Part shown: positions 11,798-23,939 of the stretch, piece by piece
Position numbering within the stretch: the stretch's first letter is position 1
Layout of the letters: every line of letters begins with the position of its first letter
Source of the DNA: Zancudomyces culisetae HAW-14-8
Lineage: Eukaryota; Fungi; Kickxellomycota
Direction of reading: 5' to 3'
DNA: 64,000 bases
Assembly (NCBI GenBank): GCA_052426225.1
Contig: JBNJNM010000011.1
Location: 4,216,001 to 4,280,000, forward strand
Position numbers and translations under genes: made by a program
Notes under the pieces: model-generated
What the model was told of the DNA's origin: nothing
The model's input: the letters and a program-made list of their open reading frames with translations, nothing else
Databases searched by the model: none

Positions 11798-12553
11798 TTA
11801 TATATTTTTTGTAGCTATTTTTGTTTCGTTTTTATAATTATTGGTGAAATGCTGATTACTAGATTTCAGCTGGAAGATTACTCTGATTAATTTGATGACC
11901 TTCTCTAAAGATATCCATCCATTTGTCTTGATTCTTTCGCCCCGTGCCATGAAACTGGTACACAAGTTACGACGCGGAATGACTGAAATGAGCATTCTAA
12001 CAGCATCATCCTCAGTTATTTCCCCCCTTTCGATTAGAAAATTGCTGACCTCCTTGTACTCTGTTGCTAGGCTGTTTACCGTATTTGCACTCCAGTCAGC
12101 TTGAGTAATTTCAGATAAACTATCTGCAGTAACTGGTGCATCTTCCTGATCCCCGTAGATATTTATCATAAAGTTTTTTATTGAACTCCATTTTTGTAAC
12201 TTGTAAACTATGCTGGATCTTAAGGCTAATTCGATGGGTGAGATACAGTATTTTGGAAGGATTATAGCTAGTCTCCTTGAATCAATCTGACATCTGATAG
12301 CTAAACGTTTCATATCCTTTAAAAAACCTTCGACGTCTGATCCATCGAATAGCGGTGCTTCTGGTGTACCAGGCTTCGGCATCCTTGGTATGTCTTCGTC
12401 ATCATCATCATCTGAGAATTCGGGCGTGGGCTTTTGGATCCTATTAAAAGAGAAGAGTAGTGAAGGCTTTTGTCGATCAGATATCCTCAATTGCTCTATT
12501 CCTGTCTGTCCAGCAGTTGATGTTTCTAAGCTGGTAAAAAGCTGGTTGTTCAT
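11798..12553 (-). mobile_element. Truncated LTR-retrotransposon (Ty3/gypsy-like) gag capsid fragment
   Basis: MPKPGTPEAPLFDGSDVEGFLKDMKRLA...LPKYC...W..IKNFM is typical of fungal retrotransposon gag N-termini. No protease, RT or integrase follows and no LTR pair was recognised. Confidence 0.65.
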
Positions 12554-13466
12554 CTCGGCTAAGTCAAAGTTGGGTCTGTTAATTAAAGTTAAGCGATAGT
12601 TTAATTCCTTTGAAGTTTGTTTATTTTTGTAAAAATAAAATAAATAAAAAAGATGTGTTTTTAAACTACGTATCCTAAAAGATAAACTAATCCGAACAAA
12701 CTAACTCAATAAAATATATTATTTTGCATTACAAAATGCGAACTGTAAACAATCCACAAATGTATGGGTTTACGTGATCTGGGTTAAACTATGTTCTTGT
12801 ATATTTAGCTTTTAAGTGGGTTTATTATCTTTAGAATAAAATCCTTCGCTTCGTTCTCTTCTTTTTTGCCCCTCAATTATAATAAAAGCTAAACATTCAA
12901 AATTATCATTATAGAAAAACTCTAGTTACATTAAATAATGTTCTTTCTCAAAAGACATCAATATAATTTATCTGGAATTTGTTATTATCGATAAATTATT
13001 AGAGGTTTGTATAACATTTTGAATGGATAACCAAATCAAGTCACAGGTTTTACCTTTCTACAAAGGGTTTCCAACAAAAGTTAAACACCTCTCTGATTAT
13101 GTGGCATTTCTTGAGGATTTATCTGCGATTATCGTTTCCAGCTAGATGCACAGTATCAGAAAGAAGATAAGTGAATAAATATAAGCCGCCCGAACTCCAA
13201 AGTACTAAGAAATGGTATTAGAAATAAACGCTTATCACGCCTGAGACATGTACCTTAACTAAGGTTCACGAAATGCAAAAAAAAGTATGACAATCTGTGC
13301 AATTCTTTCCAACTAATGCAAAAGGAGATCTAAAACAAGGGGAAAAGGGAATGATGAGGGGGGTCCGTGATAAAAAAAATATTTTTTTTAAAAAAAGAGT
13401 AAAAACAACTACATGAGTTGCAATACCACCTAGAAAAAAGAGAGATGGGATTATAGACACTATGGT

Positions 13467-14938
13467 TTACAGTTCATTTCCTACTGTTACCCAATAATCA
13501 CGCAGATTATTTTTTCTTCCAAAAATCTCGAGATATCTTCCACCAGGAACTAACTCCTCAATTAGTTCGTATAATTCTTCAGGCTTCTGGCTTTGGCCTC
13601 TGCGCTCTGAAAAAATGACGTCGGAACCAATATTGTAGTGGGTTCCCTTAGGTTCCAAAATATCATGGTGAGGATTTGGAACGGTGGTACCATTTGTGTC
13701 CTGAGCGGAAGAGTCATGCGGTAAGAGAAGTTGTGTAGGCAAAGGACATGATATTGATGAGGCGGGTGGGTCTTGGGGAGTGCTTGCTTTGTTTTTGACA
13801 CCAATTAGACACGACTCCTTTGCATGCTGAAGATAATACCCGTGCCCTTTTGCCATTCGGCGATTAACAGTTTGTTTTACCCATGCGATCTCATCTACAT
13901 ATGTATATCCCCAGGCCCTGAAAAGCTCAAACGCCTTGGAGAATTTGTTATTAATAACCCAGATAAACAAAAAGCCACCCTCTTGCTGAAGACCCCCAAT
14001 AGGTAGCGATTCAATACAAACATCCGGGAGTTGCTGGTAGGCGATGGCGACGCCGCGCGTTGGTGCCTGAGAAGCCAACTGCCATGGCGGATCCATAACA
14101 ATCACATCAAACTGACAAGCAGCCGCTAGCTTACTCCAATCAAAGTCCATGACATTGGCTTTAATTGGAACGCAGTATTCGGGAGCCTGAAACTCTTCTG
14201 TATCTTGTTGGGTATCCTGTGTCGATTCAGTTTTTTCTGGAACTTCTCCTAGAGATATCTCCAGATTTTTTATCTCTTTTTTTATTTCTTCTATTTTTGC
14301 TAGTATTTCGGCCTCACGGTCCAGAAGTTGTCTTTTTCTAGAATTATCGCCTATTTGCGGTTTGGGTGTTTTTCAATATGATACTTTAATTGTTAAAAGC
14401 AGAGTAAAAAACGTACACTTCTACTCTCACCCCCCCCTCCTCCTACAGAAAAAAATAAGAGAAAACAAAAATTGATGCACAAAAGTACCTTTAGTATCTG
14501 ATCCTGTCTCCACTTTTACATCCCGATCAACAAAATCATCTAAAATTTATCACCATTACTTATAAAACATCTGCCATTTTGTAACAAAAAACATAACTAT
14601 GATACACAAAATGTATGTATGTATGTGTATATATATGTGTGTATACCTTCTTCTTCAGATATCATTACTATCTCTCGTTTCCTGAATTCGTCTCTTGGTG
14701 ATATACTTTTGGGTGAACTTTCGGGAGACACTTTGGACCCCTTTATAAAGTCGCCCAGACTGGTCTGGATTCGACCATGTTGTGGATCTGTAGTATTTTT
14801 ATAGTCGCCATCAAATTTTCCAGAGTCATTATTGGAGTTGAGACTGTTTTTCGAACTTTCATTTGTCCTTAGATCATGGTCTACACAATTTGAGCCTTTT
14901 ATATCTAGTTTGTTGTCAATGTCGTGAGAATTGACCAT
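13467..14938 (-). CDS. MT-A70 family DNA N6-adenine methyltransferase of the MTA1/AMT1 clade, 3 exons (14938-14647, 14539-14489, 14350-13467), about 408 aa
   Basis: Catalytic DPPW in DPPWQLASQAPTRGVAIAYQQL, plus WVKQTVNRRMAKGHGYYLQHAKESCLIG, RRGQSQKPEE and LEIFGRKNNLR. These are AMT1/MTA1 signatures rather than IME4/METTL3. GT-AG introns at 14646-14540 and 14488-14351 keep the frame. Confidence 0.88.
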
Positions 14939-15347
14939 TCTTTGTATTTTATGAGTATATTCTAGTACAAAATTATATTAATATTTCTTTTTTTTACTAC
15001 AGTTATTTTAGTAAACAGACTCGTATTATACTAAACGAATAGCAAGAATCATATTTCAAGTAGTGCTTTCACACTTTATTTACATTTTGGAAATTGTATA
15101 ACTGAGCTTGTTCATTCGCTGTGCTTATTATGATGTAAATCGAAAATATGCTCAATCAAATCTTTTTTTCTATTCTTTTTACACGCCAATCTGGTGCAAA
15201 TTAGACTTGTGGAGCAAATATAACAAAAAAAAATTTTCAACAAGTTTAGCCTTTCTCACTCCTTCAAGCATCATATTATTCAAAAATACTAAAACAGAGC
15301 AGGATTAGACAAAGTACAAAGCGACTTTCAATTGTTCTATATACATA

Positions 15348-16202
15348 ATGAAAAAGAAGAGAGTAAAAGAATCTATAGCACAACAACAGCTCAACCGAGA
15401 TAAAGCCCAAGGCACAAAAGCCAAAAAGCTAAAACCAAGGCAATTGATCAACGAGTTTCACAGGCTAACAAAAATCGAACAAGAGCTATCAAAAGCAGAT
15501 GGAATAAATAATCCGAGACTCTTGGCAGAGATTTCCGAAGCTAAGAGCCAGCTGGGTGGAATCGAGGCATATCAAAAAAGTAGTTTATTTGGACAGAGCA
15601 AAAAAAAAGGTGGCGATAGTAGCCGATGGCTAATAAAGCAGCTCAAGGACCTTGGTATCCACGAAACGGCTTCTCAAAGGCTGCGGTTACTAGATGTTGG
15701 GGCTTTAAGTGTGAACTATCTTAAAGAAAAGAATTGGATTGAAGCCAGGGCAATCGACTTGAACAACGCCTTGAAGATCGAAGGGGTTATAAAAAAGGAC
15801 CTTTTAGAGCTTGATAATTACTACGATCCTGACGGCGAGAAAACCGAGGAGAATAAATACGACATTGTCAGTCTGTCGCTAGTAATAAACTTTGAGGGAG
15901 AAAGGGCGAAACGGGGCCAAATGCTGGTTAAAGCAGCCAACTTGCTAAAAATCGGAGGATACCTTTATGTTGTGTTACCAAAAAGCTGTATTTTCAACTC
16001 CAGGTATTTGAACAACGAAAGATTTATAGAAATTGCACGGGATCTGGGGTTTACAGAAACTACAAGACATCACGTATCAAATAAACTTGTGTATTACTTG
16101 TTTAGGCTCACGAAAAGAGTCTCACAATGGGTTAATCATCCAAAGAAAAAAATTCCTGAGAATGATGGACCTGGCAAGAATAACTTTTCTATAGAAATTT
16201 AA
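15348..16202 (+). CDS. BMT2: 25S rRNA adenine-N1 methyltransferase
   Basis: LINEFHRL, LGGIEAYQKSS, GGDSSRWL, LLDVGAL, YDIVSLSLVINF, LPKSCIFNSRY and the terminal NNFSI are Bmt2 motifs. Confidence 0.92.
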   Translation: MKKKRVKESIAQQQLNRDKAQGTKAKKLKPRQLINEFHRLTKIEQELSKADGINNPRLLAEISEAKSQLGGIEAYQKSSLFGQSKKKGGDSSRWLIKQLKDLGIHETASQRLRLLDVGALSVNYLKEKNWIEARAIDLNNALKIEGVIKKDLLELDNYYDPDGEKTEENKYDIVSLSLVINFEGERAKRGQMLVKAANLLKIGGYLYVVLPKSCIFNSRYLNNERFIEIARDLGFTETTRHHVSNKLVYYLFRLTKRVSQWVNHPKKKIPENDGPGKNNFSIEI

Positions 16203-16316
16203 AGGCGTGGTGAGATCTAATAAAAGCTGAATAATTGAAAGGTTGATGTAAATTACAAAAATAAGGAGGGCGGCTATCGAACAAATAGAATCAAAGGTAA
16301 ATGAAAAAAACGATGG

Positions 16317-18067
16317 CTACATAGAAATTACAATATCGCCACTGACGGAGGCAGATGCTAATTTAGAATTATCATTCGATATACACACAGAACCAACCAT
16401 ATTGCTATGGAAATTCAGTTTTGTTCTTGGCTTATCCTATAATTATGCAAAAATAAAAAATTAGACAAGAAAAGGATTGTGGCTTGATTAGATCATCTTC
16501 TCGCTCTTTTTTTTAGTTTGGCAGAAAAATATGAGCTAGATCTAAGTTTATACATGTTAGTAGATGATAGTAACCTCGGTAATTTCCCAGATATATATCA
16601 AACCGTCTTCAGATCCACTAATTACGAATTGGTCTTCGTTATCCAAGCATGCCTGTAGCCTGTAGTCCCTGTTCTTATGGCCTTGAAAGCTACAGGTTTA
16701 TAATTTCCGCATTTATATTTCCATTTGGTCATGATTTCATTAGTATTTTCGCTTTTCAAGGTATATGATCTAGTATTGAAAATGAAAAACATTCTTACGT
16801 ATTTAGCAGTGTTCCGTCCTGTTTATCCAAAAGACGTATCTTGTTGTCAAGCGACGATATTAGTTGACAATTACTATCCAGAGTCTCAGTAACGCACGTT
16901 ATAGGCTCTAAAGTTAGATTAATTATACTTTTGCTACTTTCACAAAAAAAAAACGTGTTGCAGGAGAGTCCTTCACACAATTTGATAGCCATCTCTATAC
17001 TAAAAAGGTACTTTACCCGAAATGAAATCTGAAACCAGCTTTCCTGTTCTTATATCATAGGTTCGTACAAACCCATCAACCGAACTACGGACACGATTTA
17101 TTTGTTTATTGAGTTTTGTTTTGTCTTTTGGAAATATCTTGCAAAGTAGAAGTAGTCAAATATGCGAATTACCCTGTAACTATCTGAAAGTTATTTACAA
17201 ATACACTTGAAATACTATCCTTGGCCTCGCCAAGTGTCTGTATTGCATGTTTATTATATGATCTAGTTTTATACAAAAGTCATATTTAAACCAATGAAAG
17301 CTACAATTCGATTGAATCATGAGTAGAGTGGTTAGAAAAAAACAGGATACTTACTTTATGTCATAGATTTTGACACTTGTATCATACGAACCTAGTACGA
17401 GTTTACTTCCAGATATCAGTGATTTTCAAGGTGATTATAATGAGCGTAAATAAACATGGTAAATAGTCAAAAATAGAGCAGCGTATTACCACTAAATAGG
17501 AGAGATCCTTCTTGATTCATACAGACCGTGTTAATTCTCTATGTTATACACATACTTTTATTTCTGGATGTTCTGAAACGCTAGGCGTGAGACTTCGTTT
17601 CTAAAAAAAAAATGGTTGAAGAAAATTCCATACCTGAGTGTGCCCGCCGTATTTACGTGGAATTTCACCCTTTTCGATATCCCATAAGCAAACGGATCTA
17701 TCGCCACCGCACGAGGCAAACCGTTTATTAAAAGGATCCCTTTGGTTCAGAAGGAATACACAAAGAATGTACATACATTTATTTGGTGAGTTGATTGTAT
17801 TTGCTTAGTTTTGAGTACATTTTAAATCGCAAGAAGAGTGGTAACAGGAAACATAACTTACACACAAATATCTAGCACTTCTCTGCCATGTCCTTCGTAA
17901 CTTGTAATGACTTTTCCAGAATTCGAATTCAAAAGTATTATTCGTTTGTCTTGACCTCCCGAAAACAGGTAATCGCCTGAATTGTCAAACGCGACAATGT
18001 TTACTGCGCCCTCCTTGTGGGGTTTTAGTTTGTGCTTTAGATTACTCCAATATGCGTGTGGCTCCAT
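16317..18067 (-). CDS. WDR83: WD40 protein WDR83/MORG1, 9 exons
   Basis: The spliced translation across 8 GT-AG introns gives YEGHGREVLDI, FASCGGDRSVCLWD, GSYDTSVKIYD, IQTLGEAKDSISSV, GSVDGFVRTYDIRTG, SSLDNKIRLLDK, FQGHKNRDYRL and VISGSEDG. ATG at 18067, TAG at 16319-16317. Confidence 0.88.
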
Positions 18068-18255
18068 TATTATAATTTTCCAGTGAGAAAAAACCACAAA
18101 AACGGTAGTATAGAACAAAATGAGATGGGAGTTGTGTTTTTTTTTGTTAATTAGCACTCACGCTTTGTGCAGTATATTCATAGAACAATTTGTTTAAATG
18201 GATTTATACAAATAATAACGGCAAATCTGCTCGTTGGCTGATTTCACACTATTCA

Positions 18256-18282
18256 CACTTTGCGACCTGATCTCGCAAAGTG
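18256..18282. repeat. Perfect 10-bp inverted repeat CACTTTGCGA-N7-TCGCAAAGTG
   Basis: Directly visible between the CLEC16A stop and the WDR83 start. Confidence 0.85.
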
Positions 18283-18465
18283 CACCTTTATTATATAAAA
18301 AAGCTTTTATATGGTGAAGCATGAATAAAGACATTAGTACCATAGTTCGTAATACAATTATGATAAACCGCATTACTACCTCATCCCCTTACCATTACTA
18401 CAAAAACACGCTAACAAACAAGACAACTCTATAAAAAATATAAAGTTTTTTTATTCTGCAAGCTG

Positions 18466-21400
18466 CTAACCAGGGCCACAAACTGCTTTGAGGATAAGGT
18501 TTGTGGTTCGCTGATGGTTCTTGAATTTAGATACCCAATCTAGCGTTTTCTCAAAATCCACAGAATCTTTAAACCACAAATTGACGCACTGGAAATCCGG
18601 CTGTGACGACGACGGTCCCAATCTAGCAATCGTTTGCTTCAACTTTCGGTACAGGGGAAGGTATTTTGCAGTGCAGTCCAAATTAGGAAGGGTAGTGGTA
18701 GTCGCCTTGGGCCTGGTCGACAAATGTGTCTTTGGAGTTGGTGAAATACAAGCAAGTGCGGAGTATATACCCACCTCGTTAAAATTAGTACCGGCTTTTG
18801 TGGGTGATTGCGGCATCGAATACTGCTGTTTTGATAGTAAAAATAAATCAAGTGTATTAAAGACATAAAGTACAAAGTACTTTTGGTCTTGCTCAGAATC
18901 ATAGAGGTACTTGTCATCGTCTAACTTTTCCTGAGAAAATGAGGGCTTCAGCAGTATCAGCAGATACTCGTCAGAATACGGATATATAAAGCATTGGACC
19001 AGTTCAACGTTTTCGCCAAAAAGAAGCTTAGTTGGTGATGTAGAGCCGCCATTGGTTGCTTGCAACTGAGAGGGGTTCGTATCTACAGTTTGAGATGTAC
19101 TACAGCTTTTCTTTGTTTCTTGTTTTCGATCCTGCTGCTGGATGGTGTCGTTCGCGTTTTCAAAATCACTGGAACCTGTGGGTGGAGTTCCAAACGATAG
19201 GTAGTTTGAAATAAATGACTTGATTGATAGCGCCTTCAATGGACTAAATCTCTCTATCAATCTACTTTCGTTTATACCCGGTAGCATAAACAATGATCGT
19301 GGAGTCGCGCTCACAGGACTTTGCTGTTGGGTATAAATATTATTACTGTTCGCGTATCCCAAACCTCCAGAACTTGCAGGCTTAGCACAGCTATCCGCAT
19401 ATCCACGGGGAAGTGAATACTTTTTGTTAATATCTTTAATAACGCTTATTGAGCTACTGGTGTTGTTACTCCCTGGTCTGGTGCTATAGCTCTTTTTGGT
19501 TGGAATAAAGATATTGGTTTTTGAGGGTTCACGAATCAAAATAACCGGTATTAGTTTTTCGGGCTGGACTTGTATGTGTGTGTATTGAGTCGGAAAATAT
19601 CCCAGATTATCTTCCACTGCATCTTTCTGAGAAACTTCAAGGTCCAATACCTTTGTTTCTTCTGGCTGATGCGTAAGTTTCTCCTTCCATCGTTCCATAT
19701 AATACAACCGAGTCACTAAGCTGCTTAACAAGCTAGAGTTACTTTCTAGCTCATCGATTTCCCGCCTTTTCACGTTTGTGTTGTTGAATAATACGGAGTA
19801 CTCCCAGAAAGGGTCATTGGCTGGTTGCAGTGGTTGCGAAAACAAGAGTCTGCTACTGTTGTTGGTTACAATCTCTAGTAATTTTTCTTCTGAGATTTCG
19901 ACAATATTAACAATTGCTTGAAAAACCTCTCCTGCTCTACAAGTATCCATTTTTATAACATTCTTTATTTGCTGTGTAAATTTAACAATAGTTTCATCCA
20001 GCTTGATCACAAAGTCTGCTCTAGTCTCTCGTAGCATAGGTGTTTGATGATTCAATAACGTTCGCTCGTATAACTTTGCCAGTATCTAGAAGTAAGTAAT
20101 GATATTGTAAATCGTTAGAACTAGTCATCGAAATATATAGTCCATTAGCATAAAAAGGCTTTTGCTTCAAGTTAAATAATAAATACTTACGCCAAACACT
20201 CTCCAGTCAAAATATCTCGAATCATCGGTAATTAAAGCCTCTAGTGTCAGCAGTAGGCTTGTATTATACTCACCATCATGTTTATTGCCCATGTAGGTTT
20301 TCTCATAAATATCATTATTGATAATGGGATTCCGTGCTATTTGCAGACAGAGGCAGAGCCAAGGAGTTATATTATTGAGCTTGGAAATATTATGTAACTC
20401 AAAGTACGACTTTTCATTGCTAACAACTTTCGATTCTATAGATATACGCTCCCCACTGTCTCCATCCCCTCCATCCCCACCGCCCCTGCTAATATTGTGC
20501 GTGTCGTGCCTATCTACAAAAAAATGTGTCACGAGATATTCCAAAAATGCTTTGTGTTTGATTACTGAGAACGTCTGTGTCAAAAATATTGTGGATGCTT
20601 GATAAGATAAAAATTCTGGCGGTGTTGCAGAATCTCTATTTCCCATCTCAATATAATGGCTATATGTAAAGCATGTTAAGCGCTCGTGAAACTCTGCTAT
20701 TAGTTGCTCAACAACATTTTTGCTTCCCAGTGACATCAAATCATTTATAAAAGATAGTATTTCTATATGATCCTCCAAGATCGATTCCAGGTGCTTGTAA
20801 TCCCTACATCTACCTGAATCGCACAACATTCGTATAATATCATCTAACTTTTCTCTAACATTCCGAATTATCCACAGGAAAAACCCACTGCCGCGGTTAT
20901 TTTCTTCAATAAACGAATCGATCCGTTCATCCCTAACTATATTTTACAAGAGACTACTTGTTATTTCCGAACTTCTACCCAGATCGATGATAAGAAACAA
21001 CAAAATGAAATATTAATAGATTATGTTTTTACTAGCACATGAGCATAACCTACCTTTCAAAATATTCAGCATCACCGTTTTAACTGCAACTATCGCCATA
21101 TAGTCATTGCTATCAAATAACTTTGTGATTGCCCAATATAGGGGGAAGTGCTGACAATTTTTGTCACAAAATAGGTCTACCGTATCCTTATTTAGTTTGA
21201 ACGAGAGCGCCTTAAGGAATGTCGTATAATATCCCAATACCTCCTCATCCTGTATATCGAATTCAACCACCATTACCGCATTCGCAATTCCTTGAAACAA
21301 CAAATAATCTATTTTGGTTTTGAGCGGATCTTTTATGGTTTGTTCCATATGTAAACTATTGTTATCAAGTTATTTTATATATTTAAAATAATATTTACGC

Positions 21401-21844
21401 ATTAATTCCTCTTTTTCCACGCCATTTATAATGATATTGTATGTTTGTAGTATCTGTATTAGCATCGCCTTATTTTCACTCCGTTTCTCCAGAATTTCAG
21501 AGATACTTTCAAAGATGCCCGACTCTACAATATACTCTATTAGTTCGGGCCTTTTTCTATCACAAAGTATCACTAGTTCTGACACCTTTCGAATCGCTTC
21601 TATAGTAAAATTGTCATGCTTCCCGGTGGTTTTAAATTTTTCCAATTTGTAGGCTATAAATCTATTGATACATTTGCTTGTTAGTACATACCACTGTATA
21701 AATAAAATTCCTCTGGTAGTAGTATTGTGAAGCTCTATATCGTCACAGTAAGCCTAAATGGCGAACAATAATCGGTGCATACCTCGACTCTTTCCTGATG
21801 TCGTTTTCAATCGGTTCTTTTTGTTCAGTCTTAAAATGTGCCAT
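18466..21844 (-). CDS. CLEC16A: CLEC16A/TT9/GOP-1 (FPL domain) protein; exons 21661-21399, 21308-21054, 20936-20191, 20085-18466 plus an unresolved first exon
   Basis: IEAIRKVSELVI, IQILQTYNII, FDIQDEEVLGYYTTFLKALSFKLN, HFPLY and AVKTVMLNILK match the CLEC16A N-terminal FPL domain. Internal splice junctions keep the frame. The start codon is uncertain. Confidence 0.85.
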
Positions 21845-23939
21845 TCAGTCCGTCATGTGCTTCATTGGTTCACCTGTTTATCGGGAAATGCTCTATAGAG
21901 TCGTGTACCTATCTTTCTATATGGTTGTCTATTTATACATATATTATCTTGTTGCTTAAACCGACACTCTATTTCTCTTGAGCAACCTCTAACCACGTGT
22001 ATTAATGGTGTACTTGCTACTTTACTGTTCAAAATGGTGTTACTTTCTCCCCGCTATATTTTGCGTGTACCATTCAATGTATTGGTGTTTTTCGCAAAGG
22101 TCTGAATACTCGCATTTGTTTGGTTGGTAATTCTTGGTAAAAAGCGCTGCGTTTATTTTTCCGTTTTCCCATTTGCCTTATTTATCAATTTTATTTACTT
22201 TGAAATGTCCAATTACCAAAATAAAGCAAAATAAAGCAAAATAGCAATATAAAACCAAAAAAAAGCTTCACATTAAACATTTTAGAACGCACAAAGGCCA
22301 ATAAATATGTCCCCTTTTAATCTGCGCAGAACATGTAGGTAATAAGGCAGTAATTCTTTTTTTTTTACGGGAAGGAGGAGAGGAGGGGAGCGAGAAAGGA
22401 TTACATACAATTGCAATATGTATAAAAAAGACAGTATTCACCGCATTTGTTTGTAGAATCTTTTTTCTCAGCTCTTTTTATAGCCAATTTAGAACGCTTT
22501 TGCTTTGCTTAGAAAAAGAAGGCCAGCCCAATCACATACGATTCCACGTGAACTACAGCAGTTGCATACTGGTTTGTAGTTGCAGACAACTTGTTGATTT
22601 GGTCTTTCATTGTGGATTTGAAATTTTATATCTGCTTTCTTACTAGGTTTAGGGTTGTGACAACCTGTGAAGGTCTTGGGTGCTGAAAGGGAACAGTATT
22701 CGTCTTTGACATTTAATTTACACGAGAAGGTAGAACGGTATGCAAACACTCAGTAATTATGCTATTGTGACCCTTTCACCTGTCGTAGCGAAAACATTTC
22801 TGGAAGCATTATGCTGTTGGAAACAAGTGCTAAAAGGGCTGTATCCATAGTTAGATCCATATGCGGATGCATCAAACGGAATCTTTCCTTACGTACACTG
22901 TAAAGATGGGATTGATGATTGAAAACTAGCAAAAAAAAACAAACAAATAAACAAACCTGGGTACGAAATTGTACTTTTGTATACCAACACCAGTTAGATG
23001 ATATAACATGTATGACATGATATGCAGATGGACGCAAACCTAGATCGAGCGGGATCTACAAGTAGGCGTTGTACACAGAATCCAGTTCTTTAGAACTAGC
23101 TTTATATTAGCTATTTATCACTGATACATCTTTGTTTATGCTCTACTCAAACTGAGAGCATACAAACCTAAAGATGGAGTCAACAATATAACAGAGCAAG
23201 TAGAAAATCAAAACAAAAAAAAAGCATTCTTAAGCTTTTGGAGTAGAAAATATAACTGGTAACAATCACAGCTAATTACTAATTACTTTATCAATCACAT
23301 TTGTTTATGTAAGGTCGAATTTCAGTGCTTTAAAAAAAAGGGACGTTTCTAAATCGATAGGAGGTAGTAAAGTAATTTAGGGCCAATTAGCACATGTGAT
23401 TACATACAACGCTCCTGATAACATTTCAAGAGCCTTTTGCCCCCATTCCATTAGACGAGAATTGATGATGGGAGATAAAATATTAAATAAAACAAAACAT
23501 AATACACATGAAAAACCAGTCTTAACACGCTATAACCACCGTATTCCACCTACCATTTTTTTCTTTTTTTCCTTTTTCCTTGGTGCATATGCCTTCTGAA
23601 ATTAACCAATGAGTCGGTAGTTGATCATTGAAAAAAAAATTTTTTTTATCAGTCATTGATGCGATTAAAAAACGATTCACTGCTCAAAGGTACATATTAG
23701 AAGGCAGATCTCCTTTTACAAAAAAAAGAGAGAAAAAGAAAAATGTACTATATAGTGACCTGCTTATATTGAGCTTTTAGCAAAAGGAACAGTTATACGA
23801 TCTTTATTTAATTATTTTAAATAAAGATTAAACATTGAAAGAAAAGAAAAAGGAAATAAAAATTTTCAGTGAAACTTTATATTGACTATCACTGGGAACA
23901 AAAAAAAAGAAAAAAAACAGCGCAAAAAATCAAGTAAAG

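Noticed and set aside
21445-21460. TGTAGTATCTGT match to the U2 snRNA branch-pairing region
   Set aside because: It lies antisense within a CLEC16A exon and the rest of U2 is absent.
22489-23037. Two same-frame minus ORFs separated by TAG and TGA, with a Cys cluster resembling half of a Zn2Cys6 motif; possible selenoprotein or readthrough
   Set aside because: Neither ORF has an ATG start, a TAG also interrupts the frame, the first CxxC of a zinc cluster is missing, and no SECIS or known selenoprotein motif was recognised.
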